Below are positions 17,506 to 25,359 of a stretch of DNA of 64,000 bases, piece by piece. The notes beneath the pieces are model-generated. The model did no database searches. It saw only the letters and a list, made by a program, of their open reading frames with translations, and had not been told where the DNA came from. Source of the stretch: Actinomycetota bacterium. Lineage in GTDB: Bacteria; Actinomycetota; Acidimicrobiia; Acidimicrobiales; VFJN01. The stretch lies in contig JBMOLI010000004.1 of the NCBI GenBank assembly GCA_049325515.1, positions 152,006-216,005 on the forward strand. The letters are read 5' to 3'. Positions within the stretch are counted from its first letter, which is position 1. Each line of letters starts with the position of its first letter. The position numbers and the translations under genes were made by a program.

Positions 17506-19052
17506 CAGATGATGCGTGTGTCGCGGTCGGCCCAGTACTTCTCGCGGAGCTTGCCCTTGTAGAGCTTGCCGGTGGGCAGCCGCGGCAGCTCCTGCTCGAA
17601 GTCGATCGAGCGGGGGCACTTGTAGTGGGCCAGGTGCTCCCGGCAGTAGCTGAGCAGCTCGGCTTCCAGGCCAGGCCCTGCGTCATCCCAGCTGACGGGC
17701 TGCACGACCGCCTTGACCTCCTCGCCCATCTCCTCGTTGGGTACGCCGAGGACGGCCACGTCGGCCACCTTGGGGTGCACCACCAGCACGTTCTCCGTCT
17801 CCTGCGGGTAGATGTTCACGCCGCCGGAGATGATCATGAACGCCTTGCGGTCGGTGAGGAACAGCCACCCCTCCTCGTCGACGTAACCGACATCGCCCAG
17901 GGTGGTCCACCCGCGGCCGCCCGGGTCCTGCACCTCCTGCGTCTTCGTCGGGTCGTTGTGATACTCGTACTCCGGGCCGCCCCCGAAGTACACGGTGCCG
18001 GCCTCACCCGCAGGCAGCTCCTCGCCGTCGTCGCCAACAATGTGCAGCTGGCCGATCAGCGGCCGGCCCACGGTGCCCGGACGGTCGAGCCACTCCTTGG
18101 GGTTGACCAGGCAGAACCCGTTCATCTCCGTGCCGGCGTAGTACTCCCACAGGATGGGACCCCACCAGTTCATCATGGCGTGCTTCACCGCCACCGGGCA
18201 GGGAGCGGCGGCGTGGATGGCGGTTTCCAGCGAGGAGACGTCGAACGACCGTCGCTCGTCCTCAGGGAGCTTCAGCATCCGGCTGAACATGGTGGGCACC
18301 CACTGCGAGGAGGTGACCCGGTGGCGCTCGATGGAGCGCAACGCCAGCACGGGGTCGAAGCGCTCGAGCATCACGACTGTGCCCCCAAGGGTCTGGACCC
18401 CGAGCGAGAAGCCCAGCGGAGCCGAGTGGTAGATCGGCGCGGGGGACAGGTACACCGTGGACTCGGACACGCCGAACACGCCCCCGAGCAGCGCGCCGAC
18501 CATCTGGCCATCGGCGATCGAGGCGTCGCGGAGCGGGCGGCGGATGCCCTTGGGCCGGCCGGTCGTGCCCGAGCTGTAGAGCATGAGCTCGCCGGCGGGC
18601 TCCTCGGACAGCCTCTCGGTGGGCTGCCCCGCGACGGCGGTCTCGTAGCCCACGAGGCCCGGGCTGCCGCCATCGACGCACAGGGCCAGCTCGACCTCCG
18701 GAGCCTCCTGCAGGGCGCCGGTCAGGACGGCGGCCTTCTTCGGCGAGGTGACGACCACCCGGGCACCGGAGTCGGCCAGGATGTAGCCGACCTCCGAGGC
18801 CGTGAGGTACGAGTTCACGGTCGTGAGATAGAGACCCGAGCGCAGCGCCGCCCACACCACCTCGAAGTACCGAGGGTGGTTCTCCATGAACACGCAGACG
18901 TGGTCGCCCCGGCGCATGCCGTGGGCGTGCCACAACCAGGCCAGCTGGTTCGACCGCTCGTCGAGCTGCCGGTACGTGACCACCTCGCCCGACGGCTCGC
19001 TGATGATGGCCGGGTGGTCTGGTCTCGTCTGCGCGTGGTGACCTGGGTACAT
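17505..19052 (-). CDS. acyl-CoA synthetase / AMP-dependent ligase (FadD-like)
   Basis: LYSSGTTGRPKGI and C-terminal HYKCPRSIDFEQELPRLPTGKLYK. ATG 19050-19052 is preceded by GGAGGGAGG. The upstream part of the tracked ORF is junk. Confidence 0.9.
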   Translation of the reverse strand: MYPGHHAQTRPDHPAIISEPSGEVVTYRQLDERSNQLAWLWHAHGMRRGDHVCVFMENHPRYFEVVWAALRSGLYLTTVNSYLTASEVGYILADSGARVVVTSPKKAAVLTGALQEAPEVELALCVDGGSPGLVGYETAVAGQPTERLSEEPAGELMLYSSGTTGRPKGIRRPLRDASIADGQMVGALLGGVFGVSESTVYLSPAPIYHSAPLGFSLGVQTLGGTVVMLERFDPVLALRSIERHRVTSSQWVPTMFSRMLKLPEDERRSFDVSSLETAIHAAAPCPVAVKHAMMNWWGPILWEYYAGTEMNGFCLVNPKEWLDRPGTVGRPLIGQLHIVGDDGEELPAGEAGTVYFGGGPEYEYHNDPTKTQEVQDPGGRGWTTLGDVGYVDEEGWLFLTDRKAFMIISGGVNIYPQETENVLVVHPKVADVAVLGVPNEEMGEEVKAVVQPVSWDDAGPGLEAELLSYCREHLAHYKCPRSIDFEQELPRLPTGKLYKGKLREKYWADRDTRII

Positions 19053-19140
19053 CGCGGAACCTCCCTCCGATGGCGGCGCCACCCTACATGTGACAGATTG
19101 CGTTTGATGGATCGGAGCGGTGCGCGCGAGGTGTCGATCC

Positions 19141-20547
19141 TCAGCGTTGTGGTGCGGTGAGGGAACCCACCAGGTGCAGGAGGATCTGCGGGTCGGCCAG
19201 GACGGCATAGTCCGGGGCCAGCGCTTTGCCGTAGCGCTCGAAGTACAGCAGCTGCTTGACCACCAGCACGAGCTCCTTCGGGAGGCGCACGCCGTAACGA
19301 GAGGCCACCCGCAGCACCTGCCCGAGCACCTCGGCATAGTCGATGTCGGCCAGGCCCCTGGCCAGGAGTGGCGTCACGAGGGCCTCGAGATCCCGTGACG
19401 CGGCCGAGACGTCGATGGGCCGCTGCACGATACCCAGCTCGAAGACGGCGCGGACGGTTCGCTCGAAGTCGCGTTCGATGAGAAGCGCAGGGAGGGTCTC
19501 GCGCAGCACGTCGCGCGCCCGCTCATCGAGGTGACCCACGATGCCGAAGTCGAGCATCGCCACCTCACCCGACGGCGTGACGAAGAGGTTGCCTGCGTGC
19601 ACGTCGCCGTGGAAGTGACCATGTACCAAGGCGGCCTCCACCCAGGCTCGGATGGCGCGGCGCAGCACATCCTCGAGGTCGTGGCCCTGCGCTCGCAGGT
19701 GGTCGACGGCGTCGATTGTGATCCCGTCCACGAACGTCATCACGAGGACCCGGCGCGAGACCATCCCCGCGACTGGTGCGGGCACCAACACCCGACTGTT
19801 GTCCCCGAAGGCGCGCAGGTTGGTCTCGAAGCGCTCCATGGCAACGGCCTCGTTTCGGAAGTCGAGCTCGGCTCGGAGCGTCTCAGCGAAGTCGTCGACG
19901 ATGGCGCGCGGGTTGACGATCGTGCCGAGTGGACCCATGCGTTCGAGGGCGCTGGCGAGCAGCGCCAGCAGGCGGAGGTCGCGCTCGATGACCCGCCGCA
20001 ACCGGGGTCGGCGGATCTTGACCGCCACCACGGTCCCGTCGTGGAGGACCGCACGGTGGACCTGCGCGATCGATGCAGGGGCGATCGGCTCGTTGTCGAA
20101 GCTCCGGAACAGGTGCCGTACCTTGTGGCCCAGATCGAGTTCGATGATCCGCCGTACGTCGGCCAGCGGCTCCGCTGGGACGTCGTCGAGCAGCTTGCGA
20201 AGCTCATCGGAGAGCGTCGCCGGGAAGAGCCCTGGGCTCGAGGCGATGAGCTGCCCCAGCTTGATGAAGGTGGGGCCAAGATCAGCGAGCGATCGCCGGA
20301 TGGCCACGGCCATTGCACGCGGCGTGCGCCGACGGGGTTGCAGGACGATCACAGGCCCGCGCCGGACGACGATCATCACCCCATGGCGGGCGAAGGTGAC
20401 GGCGATCTCGCCGAGGCGGGCTGCGTCGAGGGGATGAAGCCGACGGAGGTCGATGGACGCGGACGCTGCGCCTGCGCCTGCGGCTCGGCTGCTGCGCCGG
20501 CCACGATCAGGGCTCGAGAAGCGGGATGAGGGTCGCTTCGAGGACAA
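19141..20547 (-). CDS. ABC1/UbiB-family atypical protein kinase
   Basis: LGPTFIKLGQLIASSPGLFP, VAVKIRRP, ELDFRNEA, HGDVHAGN and LDFG. The only in-frame start upstream of the conserved N-terminus is TTG 20545-20547, which overlaps the TetR 3' end by 41 nt. Confidence 0.85.
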   Translation of the reverse strand: MSSKRPSSRFSSPDRGRRSSRAAGAGAASASIDLRRLHPLDAARLGEIAVTFARHGVMIVVRRGPVIVLQPRRRTPRAMAVAIRRSLADLGPTFIKLGQLIASSPGLFPATLSDELRKLLDDVPAEPLADVRRIIELDLGHKVRHLFRSFDNEPIAPASIAQVHRAVLHDGTVVAVKIRRPRLRRVIERDLRLLALLASALERMGPLGTIVNPRAIVDDFAETLRAELDFRNEAVAMERFETNLRAFGDNSRVLVPAPVAGMVSRRVLVMTFVDGITIDAVDHLRAQGHDLEDVLRRAIRAWVEAALVHGHFHGDVHAGNLFVTPSGEVAMLDFGIVGHLDERARDVLRETLPALLIERDFERTVRAVFELGIVQRPIDVSAASRDLEALVTPLLARGLADIDYAEVLGQVLRVASRYGVRLPKELVLVVKQLLYFERYGKALAPDYAVLADPQILLHLVGSLTAPQR

Positions 20548-21055
20548 ACTGATCTCCCGTCGCCGACGGGACGATCACGTGGTTCACGACCTCCCGGGTG
20601 AACAGCTCAGCGAGGGCTCCCGGATCGCACTCGCGGATGAGCCCGAGGTCCATGGCCACCCGGAGCAGCGGCGAGGCGGCGGCCCGAACCTGCTCGATGA
20701 CGCCCGGGAGCTGGTGGACGAGGAAGGCACCTACCAGCTCAGGTTCGTCGGCGAGCACCTTGGAGATCACCGGATGCTGCCGGCAGAACCGGACCACGCC
20801 CACGAGCAGGCCCGTGATGGTGCGCGGGCCCTCGGTGCCTTCCAGGACGGCGGGCAGGGTCTCGAGCAGCCGGTGCAGGTCGCGCGCAAGGAGCAGGGCG
20901 GCGAGGTGCTCGATGCTGCCCACCCGCCGGTAGACGGTGGTACGGCTAACGCCGAGCTCCCGGGCGATGTCCGGGAGCGAGGTTCGGCCCACCCCGTGGC
21001 GAGCGAAGCACTGCGCGGCGGTGTCCAGGTAGGCGTCGAACGACGGAGAAGGCAC
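20507..21055 (-). CDS. TetR/AcrR family transcriptional regulator
   Basis: HTH TSLPDIARELGVSRTTVYRRV. Start placed at GTG 21053-21055 (MPSPSFDAYLDTAAQCF...). The upstream part of tracked ORF 20507..21532 is not protein-like. Start is uncertain. Confidence 0.75.
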   Translation of the reverse strand: MPSPSFDAYLDTAAQCFARHGVGRTSLPDIARELGVSRTTVYRRVGSIEHLAALLLARDLHRLLETLPAVLEGTEGPRTITGLLVGVVRFCRQHPVISKVLADEPELVGAFLVHQLPGVIEQVRAAASPLLRVAMDLGLIRECDPGALAELFTREVVNHVIVPSATGDQFVLEATLIPLLEP

Positions 21056-21229
21056 GGGAGGCAGCGACGAGCGAAGGGAGAGAACCGGAAGCGGCGGCTC
21101 GCTCGCTGTCTTGGTGCTCGCCGTCACTGGGAGCGCCCGACGCGATGAGACGATGATGACATGCTGTCGACGATACACGGCCGGTACCGGGCGCGAACCA
21201 ACACCGTCTCCCCAATGCGTCGACCGATG

Positions 21230-21255
21230 CAAGACAGTATCCACGATCTGTCTTG
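21230..21255. promoter_or_regulatory. perfect inverted repeat CAAGACAG-N10-CTGTCTTG (candidate TetR operator), overlapping a TTGACA hexamer
   Basis: Read directly. It lies in the 277-bp divergent gap between the TetR gene (20507..21055) and the SCP2-ACAD-ABC1 operon. TTGACA is at 21253-21258. Confidence 0.4.
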
Positions 21256-21332
21256 ACAGCTTGCGAGACCTCCCGCCAGACTGCGCGCCAACGCCCGGCT
21301 CATGGGGAGCCGGCGAGACCAAAGGGGGCGCT

Positions 21333-21719
21333 GTGGCGCACGACTTCCTGTCCGATGCATGGATGGATGCCATCGAGGCGCTGCGAGACGAGGCCCCTGA
21401 ACCTCCCGCGGTGATGAAGGACCTCGTCCTCAACGTCACCGTGGTCGACGGGCCCGACGGTCCGCGTGACATCCATCTGAGCGGGGGCCAGTTCGAGCGG
21501 GGGCACGCCGAGGTTGCTCCCACCAAGCTCACGGTCCCCTATGACGTGGCCAAGGCGCTCTTCATCGAGGGTAACCCGCAGGCCGCGATGCAGGCGTTCA
21601 TGTCGGGGCAGATCAAGGTGGAGGGCGACATGAGCAAGGTCATGGCGATGCAGGCCGCGGGAGCGCCGTCGCCCGAGCAGCAGGCCTTCCAGGAGAAGAT
21701 CCAGGCCTTGACGGCGTGA
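21333..21719 (+). CDS. SCP2 sterol-binding domain protein
   Basis: FLSDAWMDAIEAL...NVTVVDGPDGPRDIHL...AMQAFMSGQIKVEGDMSKVMAM is SCP2-like. GTG 21333 is preceded by AAAGGGGG. Confidence 0.8.
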   Translation: MAHDFLSDAWMDAIEALRDEAPEPPAVMKDLVLNVTVVDGPDGPRDIHLSGGQFERGHAEVAPTKLTVPYDVAKALFIEGNPQAAMQAFMSGQIKVEGDMSKVMAMQAAGAPSPEQQAFQEKIQALTA

Positions 21720-21756
21720 CCGGGTGCCGGACCGGTCAGCGCGGAGGAAGCACGCG

Positions 21757-23043
21757 ATGAGTGACGCATCGGACGGTGACGCCCGGATCCGTGACGGAGC
21801 CCAGCGATGGTTCGAGGAGAACTGGGACCCCGACCTCGACCTGGCCTCCTGGTGGGAGCGCTTGGCCGAATCGGGCTACGCCGTGCCCACCTGGTCGGCC
21901 GACTGGTTCGGAAGGGGGTTGACATCGCGCCAGGCCGGTGCCGTCCACGAGGCCCGCAAGAAGGTCGGCGCCTTCGGGGCCCCCAGCGGCATCGGGATCA
22001 TGATGGCCGGTCCCACCATTGTGACCCACGGCACCGATGAGCAGCGCAAGCGCTTACTTCCCAACATGGTGAACGGCAAGGAGGTGTGGTGCCAGCTGTT
22101 CAGTGAGCCGGGCTCAGGGTCTGACCTCGCCAGCCTCGCCACTCGCGCCGTGCGCGACGGCGACGAGTGGATCGTGAACGGCCAGAAGGTGTGGACGTCA
22201 GGTGCGCAGTTCTCCAAGTGGGGGATCCTGATCGCCCGTACGAACCCCGATCAGCCCAAGCACCGGGGCATCACCTACTTCGTCATCGACATGGAGCAGC
22301 CCGGCATCGAGGTGCGCCCGTTGAAGGAGATGACCGGGGGCACGACCTTCAACGAGGTCTTCTTCACCGACGCCAGGGTGCCGCACGAAAACGTGATCGG
22401 TGCGGTCGACGATGGGTGGGGCGTGGCCGTCACCACCCTCGCACACGAGCGAAACTCGCTCGGCGCCGGGGGGATGGGCGGGTTCGGGGGTGGCGAGATC
22501 ATCGGCAAGCCACCCCTCGACGCTCGGGTCGGCGACCTCGTCGGACGCTCGGGGGGCGGCGAGATGGCCGGCATGGCCGCCGCGCTCGGCGGCGGGGGAG
22601 GCTCGCTGATCAAGGCCCTGCCCCAGATGTTCGGGCGGGCCGAGGACCCGGTCGTGCGCCAAGACGTGGCCCGGATCTACTCGATGCTCGAGATCGCCCG
22701 CTACACGGGCCTCCGGGCGCAGGCCGCCGCCGCTCGCGGTGACGGCCCTGGCCCTGAGGTGTCCACGGGAAAGCTCGTGGCCTCCCACCTCGTCAGGGCG
22801 CTCCGTGATGTCGGGCTCGGAATCCAAGGGGCGCAGGGCATGCTCGTCGGGGCTGACGCGCCGATGGGGGGGATGCTTCAGGCCCTCGCCCTCTTCAGCC
22901 CAGCGGTGTCGATCGCCGGTGGGAGCGACCAGGTGCAGCGGAACATCATCGGGGAACGGGTGCTCGGCCTCCCAGCCGAGCCTCGCCTCGACAAGGACGT
23001 CGCCTACAAGGACACCTTGGTCGGCACCCAGGGCCGAGGCTGA
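21757..23043 (+). CDS. acyl-CoA dehydrogenase family protein (FadE-like), paralogue 2
   Basis: WCQLFSEPGSGSDLASL...GQKVWTSGAQ...GGSDQVQRNIIGERVLGLPAEP. ATG 21757 is preceded by GGAGGAAG. Confidence 0.9.
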   Translation: MSDASDGDARIRDGAQRWFEENWDPDLDLASWWERLAESGYAVPTWSADWFGRGLTSRQAGAVHEARKKVGAFGAPSGIGIMMAGPTIVTHGTDEQRKRLLPNMVNGKEVWCQLFSEPGSGSDLASLATRAVRDGDEWIVNGQKVWTSGAQFSKWGILIARTNPDQPKHRGITYFVIDMEQPGIEVRPLKEMTGGTTFNEVFFTDARVPHENVIGAVDDGWGVAVTTLAHERNSLGAGGMGGFGGGEIIGKPPLDARVGDLVGRSGGGEMAGMAAALGGGGGSLIKALPQMFGRAEDPVVRQDVARIYSMLEIARYTGLRAQAAAARGDGPGPEVSTGKLVASHLVRALRDVGLGIQGAQGMLVGADAPMGGMLQALALFSPAVSIAGGSDQVQRNIIGERVLGLPAEPRLDKDVAYKDTLVGTQGRG

Positions 23044-23191
23044 ATCGCGTTCGCGCCCGCCTGGGAGAGCCGAGGTTGCAGCTGGGATTACAGCGGTGCA
23101 ACTCTGTCTCATCGTCTATTCCATCGGTTGCAGCACTCGGGGTCCCCCGAACCGGCCTGCCACCGAACGTCAACCGGAGGGCACCAACAAC

Positions 23192-24568
23192 ATGGGACGA
23201 CCGCGCGGTCTGTCGATCGAGGCCATCAACGGGTTCGGCGCAGCGGAGATCGGTCGAGCTGCTCTAACCGCCGTCGTGCTGGGCCGCCACGGGGTGCGGG
23301 GCCTGCGCGGTGGCCGAGCCGGGCGAGGTCCTCGCGCGGCCCAGGAGCTGAAGGCGGCCTTCGCTGAGCTCGGGCCGACCTACGTCAAGCTGGCCCAGCT
23401 CATCGCGTCGAGTCCCGGGCTGTTCCCCGAGGTCCTGTCCGATGAGTTCCGCAGCCTTCTCGACGAAGTGCCGCCGATCGACGCGGCGACGGTGCGGGAG
23501 GTGATCGAGGCCGATCTCGGCGACATCCCCGAGCAGGTGTTCGCCGAGTTCGACTACACACCGCTGGCCTCCGCCTCCATCGCGCAGGTCCATGTGGCAC
23601 GCCTGCACAATGGTGAGGAGGTGGTGGTCAAGATCCAGCGGCCCGGGATCCGCGCTCGGCTGGAGGGGGACCTACGGATCCTGATGCAGCTCGCGAAGAC
23701 CCTCGAGCGACTGTCCAAGAAGGGTCGGATGGCCAATCCCATCGCGGTCGTCGAGGACTTCGCCGCCACCCTGAGAGAGGAGCTGAACTTCGTCAACGAG
23801 GCCCGCTCGATGGAGATGTTCGCCGCCAACCTCGCCGCATTCGGCACGAACGATCGGGTGCGCGTGCCCACCGTGCGCTGGGCCTTCACGACGCCTCGCG
23901 TGCTCACGATGGAGCGCATCCACGGATACAAGATCGATGACCTGGCCTCCCTAGGAGCGACCGGGTGGGACCTCGGCGGCGCACTGAAGCGGGGCGTGCG
24001 CGCATGGATGGAAGCCGCCCTCGAGCACGGCTTCTTCCACGGCGACGTGCACGCCGGTAACCTGATGCTCGACCAGGACGGCCATGTCGTGTTTCTCGAC
24101 TTCGGCATCGTCGGACGGCTTGACGACAAGACGCGAGAGATCGTCAGGCACGGCCTGCCAGCGCTCCTCGTCGACGGCGACTTCGTGGAGGTGGCCAAGG
24201 CCATCTACGAGATGGGTGCCGTGCTCAGCCCGATGGACCTCGAGCAGTCATCGAAGGACATCGCAGAGATCGTCGAGCCCATCCTCGGCAAGCCGCTCTC
24301 GGAGATCTCCTACGGCCAGGTGCTCGTCGACATCGTCCGCATCGGTACCCGCTACGAGGTGCGCCTGCCGCGCGAGCTGGTACTGGTCGCGAAGCAGATG
24401 CTCTACTTCGAGCGCTACGCCAAGCTCATGGCGCCTGATTGGAACATCCTCAACGACCCCGACCTGATCGGGTTCCTGTTCGAGGGCCTCGAGGACCACA
24501 CCGTCGGCGAGGAGTCGGCCGAGGCGGCGGCGTTCGCGGCCAAGATGGCCGACGCCATCGAGGGCTGA
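23192..24568 (+). CDS. ABC1/UbiB-family atypical protein kinase
   Basis: LGPTYVKLAQLIASSPGLFP, VVVKIQRPG, ELNFVNEA, HGDVHAGN and LDFG. ATG 23192 sits downstream of GGAGGG. Close paralogue of 19141..20547. Confidence 0.9.
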   Translation: MGRPRGLSIEAINGFGAAEIGRAALTAVVLGRHGVRGLRGGRAGRGPRAAQELKAAFAELGPTYVKLAQLIASSPGLFPEVLSDEFRSLLDEVPPIDAATVREVIEADLGDIPEQVFAEFDYTPLASASIAQVHVARLHNGEEVVVKIQRPGIRARLEGDLRILMQLAKTLERLSKKGRMANPIAVVEDFAATLREELNFVNEARSMEMFAANLAAFGTNDRVRVPTVRWAFTTPRVLTMERIHGYKIDDLASLGATGWDLGGALKRGVRAWMEAALEHGFFHGDVHAGNLMLDQDGHVVFLDFGIVGRLDDKTREIVRHGLPALLVDGDFVEVAKAIYEMGAVLSPMDLEQSSKDIAEIVEPILGKPLSEISYGQVLVDIVRIGTRYEVRLPRELVLVAKQMLYFERYAKLMAPDWNILNDPDLIGFLFEGLEDHTVGEESAEAAAFAAKMADAIEG

Positions 24569-24592
24569 TCGCGCGCCAGACGGCGAACGATG

Positions 24593-24964
24593 TCAGCGAC
24601 TGCGCATGAGGCGTGCCGGGCCTCCGACGAGGACCGTGCGGGTGAAGATCGCGAACGCCGGATCGGGATTACGGACCGTGCGGTGGTCGTCGCCACGGAC
24701 CAGCTCGACCACCGTCGGAGCTCCCCGTCGACCCACGGTGATCGACTCCACAGCGAACCCGGCGCGCAGCAGGCTGCGCACCTCGGCGGATGCCGGGTGG
24801 TTGCGGATGAGCTCAGGCGAGCGAATCACCGCACGAGCGATGGCCAGGGGGAGCACGGTGGCGCCACTTGCAAGGCGCAGCGCGCGGGGAGAGGCGGCTC
24901 TTGCCCGCCGAAGGGTGCTCGACAGCACGGATCGAGCGGCGGCCACGGGCAGCGGGGGCGTCAT
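24593..24964 (-). CDS. hypothetical protein (123 aa), no family recognised
   Basis: ATG 24962-24964 overlaps the stop of the upstream thiolase relic (ATGA). Hand count gives about 79% G/C at third codon positions. I see no recognisable motif. Confidence 0.4.
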   Translation of the reverse strand: MTPPLPVAAARSVLSSTLRRARAASPRALRLASGATVLPLAIARAVIRSPELIRNHPASAEVRSLLRAGFAVESITVGRRGAPTVVELVRGDDHRTVRNPDPAFAIFTRTVLVGGPARLMRSR

Positions 24965-25197
24965 CCGAGGCTCTCGATGATCGTGGCGTTCGCCATGCCG
25001 GCCCCAACACACATCGTCTGCAGGCCGTAACGCCCGCCCGCGCGCTCGTCGTCGATCGACGCGGGATCCTGGTCGTTGCGCTCCACGATCGACCGCAGGC
25101 CCGTAGCGGCGAGATCGACGGGGTGCGGTTCCTTGAGCGCTCGGTTCCTGCGGTCGAGCGGGCTGTGGACGATGTCGACGATGGCAGCGGATTCCAT
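24961..25197 (-). pseudogene. internally deleted classical thiolase (acetyl-CoA acyltransferase) relic, 78-aa in-frame mini-ORF
   Basis: The N-terminus MESAAIVDIVHSPLDRRNRALKEPHPVDLAATGLRSIVERNDQDPASIDD is fused directly to the thiolase C-terminus GGRYGLQTMCVGAGMANATIIESLG. A strong RBS (GAGGAGAA) precedes the ATG. Confidence 0.6.
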
Positions 25198-25359
25198 GGT
25201 TCTCCTCAGGGGGCGCTCGTCGGTTACCGACGCGGTGAAACAGAGTACCAGGCGCGTATTATCGCTACGACCCCATAAGCCTTGGCGGCCCCGGGTGGCA
25301 ACAGCACCGGCGCCACGCTAGACAGTCAACGTAGTTTGTCGATATGGGGGGTGATTTGC

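Noticed and set aside
23107-23118. 9-mer TGTCTCATC shared with 42586-42594, and the recurring CTGTCT / AGACAG hexamers in several gaps
   Set aside because: Thousands of shared 9-mer pairs are expected by chance in 64 kb, and there is no positional consistency relative to the starts.
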